Shown: piece by piece, positions 48,912 through 62,904 of the stretch
Layout of the letters: the number at the start of each line of letters is the position of its first letter
How positions within the stretch are numbered: position 1 is the first letter of the stretch
Notes under the pieces: model-generated
What the model was told of the DNA's origin: nothing
Databases searched by the model: none
The model's input: only the letters and a program-made list of their open reading frames with translations
NCBI RefSeq assembly: GCF_001194135.2
Contig: NC_068983.1
Span: forward strand, 145,532,452 to 145,596,451
DNA from: Octopus bimaculoides
Taxonomy: Eukaryota
Direction of reading: 5' to 3'
Length of the DNA: 64,000 nt
Position numbers and translations under genes: made by a program

Positions 48912-50813
48912 TGTATGTGTGTGGGTGGGTGTGTGGATGTATACTTGCATGTATATTGTACATATACAATTATATACATACAGCTACATAAATATGCACA
49001 TACACACACACACACGCACACATTTATGCAACACTTCCAAGGACTATTGTGCAGGCCAAACATACATTATCTTGAAAATAAGTTATTATTAGAATATAGA
49101 TCTAAATGCATACTTAAAGATTGTATAGAACATAGATATATATGTTTAGTTGAAAAGTGTGTGTATCTACACCTATATATTTTACATTGATCATCCTTCT
49201 GCACCACCAAATTAATTCTCCTCCACCACCATACATCCCTCTCTCTCTCTCTCCCTCTCCCCATACACTATGTCTGTCTCTCCCATCCCATTTGCGACTT
49301 ACCCAAGCACATACCATCTCTCATCTTGTCTACTCTATCATTATTACTATTCAGTTATTCTTCACTCGTTTTTGTATTGTAAGTCATTGCCTACTCCCCA
49401 CTATCATCTCTCAGCTCATATGTATCATTGATCATCCCATCCTCACTCCTTGTCCATTAACTACATCCATGTCTCGACCCTACCCAACCATGACAGTCAT
49501 CACAAACTCTTCTCTACCTTCTCTCCAACATGTATTTATCATCCCTCAACATGTGTTCTTCAATCACTATATTCACCTCCTCATTCACCCTCTCTCTCTA
49601 ACTGCTCTTCACTCTCCTCATACACCCTTGCAACCTCTAGCCTCCCCTAGCTGCCCACACCTGGTTTGCTCTCCTTACTCACCTCTACTCGTCTTGTACA
49701 TTGAGGATCCACCTATACACCTGATCATCACTATTTTATTACACTCTTTTGTTCACCGAGTTACTCCCACCCTCTCTTCCCTCATGTGAGTAGCCATGCA
49801 ACTCCTCTACAACAAGAAACATGTGTGTTCTGTTCTGGCCCCTTCTCTCATACTTTAACTTCTTATCTTCTACCATAAAGCCACTATCCTTTCTCTAATG
49901 TTGTCCCTCTCAGTCAAAGAGGATCTTTGTGTTGCAACCTGCTTATGACCTCACTAATGCTAGTGCCATGAACAAGGCACCCAGTACACTCTGTAAAGTG
50001 ATTGGTGTTAAGAAGAGCATGCATCTTTAGAAACCATGTCAAAGCTGACACTGGAGCACAATGCAATCCTCAGACTTATCAGATCTTGTCAATATGTCCA
50101 ACCTGTGGCATCATGGAAGATGGACATTAAAAAATGATGATATGTGTGTATGTATGTTTAGGTGTGTGCAAGCACGTGTGCGTGTGTGTGTATGTACATG
50201 TGTGTTGTTGAGATTGGCATCAACTTGCAGCGGTTTGGATGGAACATTAACAGCACCAAATCTCACTGGATAAGGATGACCTACAAAAGGTTATGTGCAC
50301 TACACATTCTGCCAGGCTAGTATGTAAAAAAGAAAATAGAAAAGAATTCAGTAACTGCACCCAGTAAAATTGTTAGTGAATGTGCTGAGACTTGGTATGG
50401 ACAGAACCCTTTAGATTTGTCAAGAACATGAGAACCATGCTAATGCTGGTCCCACTATGTAATACAATACAGTATATTCTGTAAAGTAGTTGCTGATATG
50501 ATAGAGAGGACATCTGAAGAAGAAACATGAAATGGTCTACTTAGCTAGCAAAAATGATTTGTACCTACTGAATCTCTCTGAGAATTACGTTAAAGGTATA
50601 CATGTTTGTGGAGTGCTCAGCCACTTGCATGTTAATTCCATGAACAGGCTGTTCTGTTAAATGGATCAAATGGAACCTTCATCGTTGTAACCAACAGAGT
50701 GCCAATATGTCTTTCAATCAATCTCTGCAAGCAAGAGCACTGAATAAGAAAATCATTGATTGTGATGACATAACATTACAGCATAGAAAGCAAATGTATA
50801 ATGATAATTTTAT

Positions 50814-50856
<43 letters not shown>

Positions 50857-50999
50857 ATTCTCTTGTGAATGACAAATGAAGGTTCAGTAAAATAAGTTAA
50901 TCATGTTCTATGGACATGAATGTCTCTTGAGGCCTGTTGGTGCCTTTCAAATCTTTTGGCAAATGGAACAAGTTGAAGACTCATTTGCTTGAGTGCTTG

Positions 51000-51330
51000 T
51001 GGATAATTTATTTTGTATTTTCTTGAGTGGATGGCAAGGCCTGCTTTGATTTGTGACACAAAACCTCAATGACAGGTAATGTTTCCATTTAGAGGAGCAA
51101 CATTTTGCCAGCATACCTTCATGCTTGCACAAAGTTGGTTTTGATGTTGGAGTTGACTGCTCAGATCTGAACTGAGGAGAAGCAGGACTGGCATCAGGTC
51201 CTGCATTCTGATGCTTTGCATCATTTCAGGTTGTTATTTAGTTTGTCTTTGAAGTGCAAAAGTGGTCTTCCAACTGACCTTCCTGTTAGGAATTGGCCAA
51301 AGAGAAGTTGCTTCAGAATTCTGATTATTC
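51000..51330 (-). mobile_element. Older RTE LINE 3' fragment
   Basis: KQLLFGQFLTGRSVGRPLLHFKDKLNNNLK motif typical of RTE C-termini. Confidence 0.65.
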
Positions 51331-51359
51331 ATCTGAATCTATATATATATATATATATT

Positions 51360-52964
51360 ATTGGCATCCTTTTTGTCTTGGGAGACAATGGAGTTGTGCA
51401 TAAAACAATCTAGTCCGGCTTTTACATTTCATGCCCAAATACATCTCCTGCTGTGGCTGTGTACTCCTATCCTGGACAAACACTCCCCCTGGCAGGTGCC
51501 GCAAATGTAGTGAAGACTTTGCCTAGCTGGTTGTAATGACATAGTTTCTTGTTGACGTCTTTTCTTGTCTTTCCATTTCTCCTCTCTCCCTCTGTCACTC
51601 CTTTGTGTTCCCTCTTCTATGGTGCGTCGCCAATGTCCACGGTTGCTGGCAACCACTTCCCAGTTGCTAATATTGATGTCACAGGCCTTCATGTCCCTTT
51701 TGCAAACATCCTCGTATCATAAGAATGGCCTTCCCACAGACCTAGTGCCCCTAGCAAGCTCTCTGTAGAGTATGTCCTTGGGGATTCTACCAACATTCCA
51801 TATGGCTAACATGTCCAAGCCATCTCATACGTCTTTGTGTGAGGAGTGCAAACATGCTTGGTATTCCTGCTTGCTTGAGGACATCTTTGTTGGGGACATG
51901 ATTCTGCCATTTGATGCCAAGGATTTTCTGGAGGCAGCACAGGTGAAAGATATTTAGGTGACGCTCTTGGCATGTGTATGGCGTCCAGGTCTCACTGCCA
52001 TACTGTAGAGTGCTAAGTACACATGCCCGGTAAATCTTCATTTTTGTGGTCTTGGTCAGCTTATTGTTGTCCCATGCCCATTTGGAGAGTTGGGCCATCA
52101 CAGCAGCTGCCTTGCCAATGCGTATATTGAGCTTGGCATCATGGGATAGGTTGTAGGTGACGGTAGAGCCAAGATAGGTAAACTTCTCCACCTCCTGTAG
52201 TCTGTGGTTTCCAATAGGTATGTTTGGGATGTCCGATGTAGCCTGATCCGTGATGTTGGTCTTCTTGAGGCTGATAACTAAGCCAAAGTCGCTACATGCT
52301 TGCTCAAAGCAGTTGATGAGCCTTTGCAGGGCGTCTTCTGTGTGATACCAGAGCGGCATCATCAGCAAAGAGAATCTCCTTGATCAGAATACTTCTGATT
52401 TTGGTCTTGGCACGCAGATGTGAGAGATTGAACAGTTTCCCGTCACTTCTACTGTGCAGAAACACTCCATCATCTGATGTCTCAAAGGCATGTGACAGCA
52501 GCAGCAAGAAGAAGATGTAAGAGCAAGGACACAGCCTTGCTTTACCCCGTTTTTTATTTGGAAGGCGGCTGATGTCGAACCTTTGTGCTGTATAGTGCCT
52601 TGCATATCATCATGGAAAGATTTGATGATCCTCAGCAGCTTTGTTGGACATCCGATTTTTTGAAGCAGGATGAAGAGGCCTTTTCTACTTACCGAGTCAA
52701 AGGCCTTTGTCAGATCAATGAAGGCCATATATAATGGCATTTTCTGCTCTCTGGACTTCTCCTGAAGTTGGCGTATGGAGAATATCATGTCAATAGTTGA
52801 TTTGCTTCTTCTAAAGCCACACTGCAAATCTGGATAAATTCGAGAAGCAAGCAGTTGTAGCCTGGACAGGATAACGCAAGCAAAAACAAAGGTGACCATG
52901 GTGATTGTAACAATTACTGTGGAATATCTCTTCTCAGCACTGTTGGAAAGACCTTTGCTCTCTC

Positions 52965-52965
<1 letters not shown>
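51360..52965 (-). mobile_element. 5'-truncated RTE-clade (BovB-like) LINE: RT + C-terminal zinc finger
   Basis: QCGFRRSKSTIDMIFSIRQLQEK, FIDLTKAFDSV, GVKQGCVLA, LFADDAAL, LQYGSETW, RMRWLGHV, ICGTCQGECLSRIGVHSHSRRC; several frameshifts. Confidence 0.95.
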
Positions 52966-53015
<50 letters not shown>

Positions 53016-55139
53016 ATGTTTGTGTGTCTGTGTTTGTACCCCTACCATCATTTGACAACTGATGTTGGTGTGTTTATGTCCCCGTAACTTAGCAGTTTGG
53101 CAAAAGAGACTGATAGAATAAGTACTAGGCTTACAAAGAGTAAGTCCTGGGGTTGATTTCTTCAACTAAATGCGGTGCTCCAGCATAGCCGCAGTCAAAT
53201 GACTGAAAGAAATATAGAAAAAAATAAAAGTCAACAAATGTATTTATTTTTTGGTAATCAGAAAAGTGAGACAGGTTTTGACTCAATTTAGAGTATCATT
53301 AGAGAACATTAACCTCTCAAGTTATAGCTATTTATAATGAATGTCAATCAGGATGAGCATAAACTAGTTAGTCTAATTTGCATAATAGTACATTTATTGG
53401 CAATGTGATTAGCTAATAATGCATATACAGTATTTATTGATTTATTGACATAGAAGAATGATAAAGTTATTAAGCCAAGGTAGAAAATTTATTGGGTATT
53501 TAGTTATATCCATTTAAGACTAGGTTCATAGCTTACAAAAGTCAGCTTTGTCTTTCATTTTTCCAGGGTCGATAAAACACCTGACATTATAAGCATCAAA
53601 ATCAGTCTGAGGCAGAAAAGAGAAACAAGCCCATGAGTTTTGTTTCTTCAATAATCATTCTAAGGACAAAAAGCAGAAGAGATACATAAAAAAGTAGAGT
53701 GCCAAATTAAACAGCTTATTAGTGTTTAGCATTGTTTTTTTTTACATTACAAATTCAAATCATGAGCATTTTATTTTTGCTGTTAATGGAGAGAGCCCGG
53801 GCATGAACACATGCATTCTGAGTCCCAATTCCTCTGATCTCAGCACTGCATTTCTCTTTTCCAGCTTTGGTAAAGATGGTGCAACTAATACTGGGGTGGT
53901 GTATTGATTATTTGCTCCTTTGTTATAAAATGGTTGGCCTAGTACCTGTGTTATTATTCAAGATATATAACTTCCATTCAAAGAACTGAACTTATATCTA
54001 AGTATTAGCTGTCTCTTTACACTCAGAAATCGAATCAAAGAAAACTCAATTTTGCCCTTTCAGCCTTCTGGAGTCGTTATGATAATCAAATCGTATAAAT
54101 TATAAAAACAAAAATAAAATAAGGGGTTTCACTCTCTTTTTATATATTTTTGTTTTTAGACCATTTCTTAAAATAATTACTGTCCAACAATGCTCCAGAT
54201 TATCTTTCGGGTTTTGGTTTTAAACCCATGTTGCTTTCTCTTGAGACAAAGACTTGAATGTCACATAAAGTACCAGTATTTACTGTTTCTCTTCAAGTTA
54301 TTCCATGAACGAAAGTATTACAGCCATGGCCACCCCATATTTTTCCAACTTACAAGGAACCCAGGACCTTATATTACGTAACCCTTTAAGATGGTATGGC
54401 GGGATTTGAAGGAAATTTGATTGCTATTTCTAGCATGTCAAGCAAACATGTAGAGGCTCATTCAAATTGACTATATAATTCCTCTTAAAATTTGTGGCCT
54501 TGAGCCAATGTTAGCAATTCTTTTATCAACTATATCATCAACATACCTCCCATACAAACTGGGCTTGTGCTTAAGTATGCAAGTATTCAGAGCGTCGGAC
54601 ATCATGCTTTACAATTAGGTTTCTTTACGTTCTGAGTTGAAACCCTATCAGAGTCGATAAAATAAGGTACAGTCAGGTACTGATGTCCTAATTTCTCTAC
54701 TCACTTTCCCTTATTCTTTATTACTTTCTTTTTCTCTCTCGATTCCCAGCATTTCATTCGATTCCATCAAAACAATATCTCTCCTCGACGAAGTGTTCTA
54801 CCCGAAACGTTAGATTTCTCCCCCTTTCCTCATGGTAAACCTGATTAATTCATCCTTGAATTGTCGTCCCTAAAATCAACTTCCAACTATTAGAATATTT
54901 CTTTTGTGCCTTTGCATCTATATTACAACTCAATAATACTTCGTTGTTGTGAATTTTGCAATAGTGATGCTTTCGGACTTCCGTACATCGTTTTAATTGA
55001 GAACGTCGTAACAGCTTCTCAAATAACTACGACTACCCTCTGCTCTTACTCTACTGTACTCTATGCTTGGCTTGGCGAACCACTCACTCCACCCTCCACT
55101 ATCAGCATCCTCAGCCTCAACCTCAATCTCAAAAAGCTC

Positions 55140-55210
55140 CAAAGCCATAGTTCACGTCACGTGACACAGTTCCAACATGGCGTATTTCCTCCCCGTATCT
55201 CAGGTTGAGT
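55140..55210 (+). promoter_or_regulatory. Candidate housekeeping-type promoter / first exon
   Basis: Palindromic GTCACGTGAC (55156-55165), YY1-like AACATGGCG (55174-55182), 9 codons MAYFLPVSQ then CAG|GTTGAG. Lies in a CpG-retaining island. Confidence 0.45.
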
Positions 55211-55965
55211 AAATGATAAAGAAAACCTTTTAGCCGTGTGTGAGTGTGTGTGTGTGGGATTTTTTTCTAAAAAACCACTATGCATGTACGCGTGTCGTTA
55301 TTGCATCGTGCGTGAGAGAGTGTAAAGTAAATTAAATAAAACAAAACGAAAAAATACCCTATCACTTTTTTTGTGTTTGTTGAAGGTCTGACGAAGTTAG
55401 GCGTTTCTATTGGATTATTACAGTTATTTCACAAACACCGACATTTAAAATGGGATCTTCGATTGCCAGCATATAATCTCGTGAGTAGCCAACACTTTTC
55501 TTTCTTTCCCATCTCCATTAAGTCCTAAAGTTCTATATATTTTTTTCCAGTTTTAGAGCCGTTTTGTTTGTTGCTCTGATATGTTTTTGTCTAACAAACT
55601 CTGTCTTTCTCCCTTTCTCTTCCTTTCTCTGTCTCACTATTCTCCCCCCCTCTCTAACATACACCACTGCGATTTTCGAATCATTTAGCTTTTGCTTTTC
55701 CTTTTCGTTACATTGCATGGTTGTCCCGCATTGCTCATATCTATGTAGTGTTATTGTTGACTGACTGCATTGCCCTTGTGACAAATATAGACCATCATTA
55801 GCAAATAAAAGATATTGTTATTGTTATTTCAAATCTTTCCAACGTCGATTTTTTTTTCTTTCCTTTCTGGGGTCGACAAAAATACAGTACCAGTCAAGTA
55901 CCGAGGTTGATATAATCGACTGTTCCTCGTTCCAAAATTTATGGCTTTTTACCTGTTTGGAGATT

Positions 55966-56015
<50 letters not shown>

Positions 56016-58022
56016 ATGTACACACACACATACACTAACTAGGACCGCATCAATCATGTTTATTCTTCCTCCTAAAAATTAAACCGAGCATTATTTATTA
56101 TCTCTTCCCCCTCTCCCTCTCTCCATATGTATATATACACATACGCACGCACACATACTCGGTTATGTTTGTAATTGCATATGTGTGTGTGTTGCACATA
56201 TGTTTTGTTTATTTATTAATATTGTGTTGTACTTCATTTGATTATTTATGATGTTTCCCTTCATTGTAGCCCCTGTGGCGAATAAGCGATTATGAGTAGT
56301 GTGTCAGAAATGGGGGTCGAATGACTGAACGTCTTTCGGAGTATCATTATTTAGTTTCGTCTCTGTCTTTAATTGTGTGTGTTCAAACCTCAGGAGGATC
56401 GATTGCTTTTAGCATTCCGGGGGTGATGGTGGTGATCGATAAAATAAATTCAAAATTTGACAATACTTTCCCTATACTACTGTGTAAGAAATTATCATTG
56501 CTAGAGGGTGAAGAGTGGCAGAATCGGTAGAGCGCCAAATTAATACCTTACGGTATTCAGTTATGTCCCTTCTGAGTTCAAATGTCGTTGAGTTCGATTT
56601 TTGTTTCTCATACTTCTTGGGTTGATTTAACCGACTAGCTTCCCTCCTAATTTTGTCTGTCAGAAATCATTATAATCAGCATTATTAATAATCGGCGTCC
56701 ACGTTACTGCTTCCACTACCACCACCACATTGGGCAATTGGCAAAATAGATAAAGCGGCGAACAAATTAGTGTTATATTTAGTTACGTCCCTTTACGTTC
56801 CGTGTTCCAATCCTTCCCGATTTGACTTTGCTTTTCATCTTCTAATGATAAAAATAAAGACTAATCAGGTTCTGGGATTCAATTCGATTGACGGTTCATT
56901 CCTACAACAATATTTTGGTCTTCTATATTTTTATTGTCGTTATTATTAATAACAGAGACGGTAGGTTAGCAAATTAAAAACCATAGCGATTATTTCGCTT
57001 TCCAACGTTCTCGAGTTGAAGTTTCGCTTGGGTCCACTCTAGTTTTTTTAACTCGGGAGTTAGCGGGTAAGTGAAATAGATAATCAATAATACGAAGTGA
57101 ATTTAAAAAATCAACTATACCCTTCCCTCCTTTCTCTTGCGAACATTTTCCTTGTTCTTGTCAAGATTATTATTTTAACTTTCATCCTTTCGGGATCGAT
57201 GAAATAAGTACCAGTTGAATATTAGGGTCAGTGTAATCGACTTAACTCCTCCCTAAAATTACTGGCCTTGTGCTAAAAATTTGAAATCATTATTATTTTC
57301 TTCCGGTTGGTTCCATTTTTTTCATTCTTCCGGCATGATGACCAGTCATATAAGGAGCAATTTAATCAACTAACCCCCACCTCCCCCAAATTTCTGGATT
57401 GATAAAAGAAGTAGCAGTTAAATACTGATTCGATTTATTCAACTAGACCCTTCGTCAGAAATTTGAGGTTTTGTTTTCAAGAAATATCGGTGAAATTTAC
57501 CGAAATATCTTTATATACTCGTGTACTTATTCGCGTAAAAAAAAATATTGTAACCACTTTCGTTAGAAGAATATACCTCATAGAATAATTGCTGTCCAAC
57601 TTTGCTGAGATTTGCTTGTAAGTTTGAACTGTAAAAACCTATTCTGCTTTCTCTGAATCATTGGAGAATACGACTAGGTTAACGTAGATCGAATGCAACG
57701 TTTATTTAGTTTTATATCACTCAATCAAACACTATTATTAATAACTTATGACGCTACATGCTTATTAAATTTAGAAAAATATAATTCATTTCAGTTTCCT
57801 TTTCCTTGATTACACACACAGTAACAGGGAGATGACAACACGTGGCGTTCTATATGCATATACATACATACATATTGCGCCGTTTCGAGTTAAAGGTATA
57901 TCTTCGGATTTCCAGTCGAAATACATTTTCACTTGACTGTCACAGATAACGGCCCTTTCCCTTGACATAAAAAAAAAAGTGCCTCCCCCTCCAATATCGC
58001 ATTCCTTACTTCTTTCTCGCAG

Positions 58023-58138
58023 TCAGTGTGACCGGAGTATTGTTTTGCATGCAGTAGGGAATCTTTAGTGAAAAAGAAATCAAAATGTTATGAAGAGAGT
58101 ATTCAAAACCGGTCCCCCATTTTATAGTCGGCAGGCAG
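58023..58138 (+). other. Candidate exon (5'-UTR plus possible start MKRVFKTGPPFYSRQA)
   Basis: Acceptor TTCCTTACTTCTTTCTCGCAG and donor CAG|GTATGT; all frames are closed at the 5' end; ATG at 58090 is open to the donor. Confidence 0.35.
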
Positions 58139-58201
58139 GTATGTTGAAGGGTTGTTCCTCTCTCTATATATTTGTGTGTGTACTTATATATGTATGTACA
58201 C

Positions 58202-58249
<48 letters not shown>

Positions 58250-59094
58250 GTGTGCGTGAGTGTACTATATATGAATGTGTGTGTGTATATGTAAATATAT
58301 ATACGTGTTTGTATATTAGTATGTATGGTAGACGTGTCGGAGTTGATACAGTGTTTTGACTCCTACATGTTCAATTAGGGTTATTGCAACGCTCAAGATC
58401 CATTTTGATTGCTATACTATTTCAATATTAGATGTAATAATGATGATAATTTCTTAGGGTTATCAGAACACAGAAAAAATACTCTGAAAATAAACCTGTT
58501 CTAAGAAGTTTTAAGAAGATTAAAACCTTGATTGAAGTTTTACGAAACATTTTCAGATATTTTACGAGCAAAGTGAGAAAATAATGACATACGTATTCAA
58601 TAAAGTAAGTAAGGGTAGTACTATTTCGTTTAAAATTGTTATATAAAGCTAGTATTAAATAATAATTTTTTTAATGAGTTGTGTAGTTGAAAATATATGT
58701 TTATTATTATGTTAGATGTTTTAGTTCGAGTATTGTGCCTTAATATTTTGAAGGAAGGGTAATTGTCCTTACATGAATTTCTTGAACTGCGACACGAACA
58801 CGTAAAAAAGATTAGTGACACGGACAAAAAAAAAACCCAACAGTAAGACCAGACCATACATGTTTGTGATTGTGCAGACACGCAAATTATGTAAATTTGT
58901 AATTTAGGCTTAGGCCCTACACTGCTTTCCTGATTATTAAATGGTTATTTTTTTTTTGTAATTAAGTTTCTCTCTAGGGCATATGTGATGTAAATGAAAC
59001 GATAGCTTCAGTGCAAGTGAGGTTTGGTTGAAACTAGGCTAGACTGCAAGGTGGCTTCAGAAGGCTCGTCTCATATAGATCAGTCCAGATATTT

Positions 59095-59161
59095 TATCTA
59101 TCTATATATCTATCTATCTATATATCTATCTATCTACCTACCTACCTACCTACTTACCTAC

Positions 59162-59192
<31 letters not shown>

Positions 59193-59201
59193 CCTATCTA
59201 C

Positions 59202-59236
<35 letters not shown>

Positions 59237-59345
59237 CCTACCTACCTACCTACCTATCTATCTATCCACCCACTCACCTACCTACCTATCTATCTATCCA
59301 CCCACTCACCTACCTACCTACCTACCTACCTACCTAACTAACTAA
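59095..59345. repeat. Compound (TATC)/(TACC) tetranucleotide microsatellite
   Basis: Directly visible. Confidence 0.95.
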
Positions 59346-59629
59346 CTAAAGATGAGAATGTGTATCTGTCTGTGTGAATCCCTAAAACTCAAAAACTACA
59401 CAACCGATTTCATTCAAATTTTACACGCCTTACTTAGGGTCCATGCAGTGTCATGGGCCAAACAAATTTTCGTCTTCTTCCGTAATGTGAGCCTAGAGCA
59501 ACCTCTTTTACACTATTTCAGTATTACGTGTCAAAAGTGAAACAATAATATCTCTCTATAGTAATGTGACATACTTTCAGTTTAATAGTTTTACTATAAA
59601 TACTGAAACTATTATCTCACATATATACA

Positions 59630-59689
<60 letters not shown>

Positions 59690-59770
59690 GTGTGTGTGTA
59701 TATATATATGTATATACATATAGATGTATATGTATAGATGTATGTATATATATTTATATATAGATGTATA

Positions 59771-59804
<34 letters not shown>

Positions 59805-59865
59805 GGTATGTAATATGTACACATGCATACATATATTTATACGTATATATACATATACATACAAT

Positions 59866-59908
<43 letters not shown>

Positions 59909-60060
59909 GGTGTGGCTGTGGTAAGAAAGTTGGTTCCAAAGCACATGGTCCTGGGTTCAGTCCCACTGTGTGGTAACTTTGCATGTGTCTTCTGCTATCG
60001 CCTCAGACCATCCAAATCCTTGTGAGTGGATTTGGTAGACAGAAACTGAAAGAAATCAAT

Positions 60061-60104
<44 letters not shown>

Positions 60105-61399
60105 CGTGTGTATGTATGTGTGTGTGTTTTAGTGTTTGACAACTGGTTTTGGTTTATTTACATCCCCATAACTTCCTGGTTTGACAAGAAAAGACTGATA
60201 GAATAAGTACCAGGCTTATCAAAATATAAAAAACAAAAGCACTGGGGTCGATTCTTTCGACAAAAAATTCTTCAAGGCAAGTGTCTCATATTTTTGTTTG
60301 CCTACTCAATTGTATCTATCAATCTGTCTTTCTGTGTATATAATACACACACGCACACACATGTATGTATGTATATGTGCAGATATATATCTTATATAAA
60401 AGTCAATGTCTTTATGTGTGTTACTTATATACTTGAAAACTACTGCACCGATCCTAATGAAATTTGGAACATAAAATCCAAGGTGAGGGAGAAGGGTAAT
60501 GCTGTATGTTTCATACAATTTCATGGACCAAAATTACTGAATGGATCTTTATGATTCAATGCATAAAGGCAGGTATAATGCAGTATGTTTGGTTTGAATT
60601 TGAGGTGGCTTAAAGGGGCAGAACCCCCCATGAAAATTCATAAATATCCGATGTTGATGAAATTTCAACCACAGGTGATTGACACACATCCAGAAGTATT
60701 CCCAATGTTTCTGCTTCTCATGAGGATTCTAAGACCCTCTAACAGGGGCCTTAACTTTTATGATCCAAAACTAGGTGAAAAGTACTGAATGGATCTTTAT
60801 GAAATTTGGAAATTATATTCTATGCATAAGGACAGATGTAATGCAGTATATGTTTGAAAGTGAGGGGGCATATATGAAGCCATAACCCCCATGAAAATGC
60901 ATATTTTGCTGTTGATGAAATTTTAGTATGAAGTAATATTTCTAAAATTTAGTATGAAGTAATATTTCTAAAATTTTGACTTCTGACCCCTTAATGGGGG
61001 CTGAACCCCCACAATTCACTCATTTCTCCTAAGCCAAGTCAAATACAATTGTAATCTTGGAAGCTGTAGAGTCACCCGTGCATACAAGATGAGCATAATT
61101 TGCAATTCATTTGGTACAACAGGGTAAGAGTTTGCTTTGAGATATACTAGATTGTGATTTCTGCAATGTGGTGCATAAGTTGTCAAGTAAAGGAGAGGCA
61201 TCTTTGCCTCCACTGATTCAGTTGCAAAGTATTATTTTGAGTAAAGTGATTTGGTTGCAGACCTCCTTTCAGTCTTTTTATTATTACTGGGTCAGAGATA
61301 GTCCCCAGATGGTAACATTGACTTCAAGGCCTTTCCAGATAAGTGATTGGTCATCACTTCAGAAAGATTTATAGATAGCAAATTTATTCTGTTCAGTTA

Positions 61400-62330
61400 T
61401 TCTGTCCTCCACATTATGTGATGCTATATCCTCCTCTTTTTCATCAAAAGCTTCAAGTAATATGTCTCTAGATCTCTGTCCATTCAGAGGATCCTTGAGC
61501 TTCCAGACCCTTCTTTTCCACACTGGTCATCTTCTGAGCAGCCATTTAGCCCTGATCCTTAAGTCACTAACAACTAACCTATGTTGTGGGATGCATTCTT
61601 CACCTGGGAAAGTTTTGGCATTTCTCAGTAGCCATCTTTCTCATTTCCTGGCGAGAATGTTGTCAATTGGACTAGTGTACCCACCAGACTTGTAGGGGAA
61701 CAGATGACTGGCAGGTTTCCCAAAGTTAGTATTACAGATCATAAGATCATTTGCATCACAGAACTCCAGTAGCCTGATTCCCTACACATTGTGGGAACCA
61801 AATCTGTTGCCACCATGCACACCATGAATGTTATCCCTGGATGTTATCCAACATGCCCATTGAAGTTTCCAGCCACAAAGAGAAGGTCCCTGTCATTTGT
61901 CGACGAGGTATTCTGCAAGAGGGTGTCATAAAATCAGTCTTTCTGTTCATCATGTTGTCCTGGCTGAGAGGCATAGGCTGAGATAATGGTTGCTATTCCA
62001 TGTTGCAGCACTAGTCTAAGCTTACTTAAGTATTCTATCACAGACTCTGACTACCTCGCTTACCTTATCAACTTATTTCGCAGCAAGGAGTATACCCATG
62101 TTCCCAAGCCCATCACTTTTCCCTACCCAGAAAATCTTATATCTATGTTCATTGCCTGTGAGGAATCTAGCAGAACTTCCTCTCTACCTTACTTCTCGAA
62201 TGCAACACAAATATACACGTTTCTGTTCAAGCATCTCAATAATTTCACCAGACCTCCCTTTCAATATACCAACATTAAGAGTGCCAACTCTGAGGGTGTG
62301 GAAGGTGTGGGCTGGTAAGACCCTGGGATG
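61400..62330 (-). mobile_element. RTE-clade LINE 5' remnant (apurinic endonuclease domain)
   Basis: LRVGTLNVGILKGRSGEIIEMLE, LFVAGDFNGHVG, LLEFCDANDLMICNTNF, IDNILAR, FPGEECIPQHRLVV. Confidence 0.85.
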
Positions 62331-62904
62331 AGGGACAGCAGCATTATGCATCTGAAAAAAAACTCGCTTGTGCGTTTGGCAGACCTCGCAAACATACAAA
62401 GAGGCTTCAGCCTGCATACACTTCACCATCATTATATTCCCTTCATAATCACTATCATAGACACTAGATATGAATGGAGGGGAAGGGATGAGGGAAAGCA
62501 TTCCATATAGGTAACTGTCAGAGGTGTTCAAGAGAAGGACATCCAGTAGAGGTTAGAGGAGAAAGACTTCTGGTATAGGTGGCAGGGGTGGGTTGTGAGG
62601 GCACACCATGAACGGCAAAACATTATGACTGCTCTACCCCCTTGCTAAAGCCGATGTAGCATAGCCACAGACAGAGCAAGTCACTAATTAACAATCAACA
62701 TGGCAAAGCAAGTGGGTAACAAAACCGAGAGAGGTGGGGAGGGAGAGTGGTGAAAAATTTGAGAATTAGGGCTACAGTTGAGGAAACAATGGAACAGTTG
62801 GATAAGATAGCAGGTAATAAAACAAAACAAATGAAGAGATGGAATTTTCGAGATTTAGAACAAGAGTAAACAGAATTGAACAATTGGATTTCTTAACTTT
62901 GCTA

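Noticed and set aside
49157-49789. 210-aa plus-strand ORF
   Set aside because: Low-complexity C/T-rich translation (L/S/P/H/I) of a decayed repeat; no splice or domain support.
53740-53960. ~60-codon frames on both strands as a terminal exon
   Set aside because: Weak splice signals and no recognisable motif; the strand cannot be decided.
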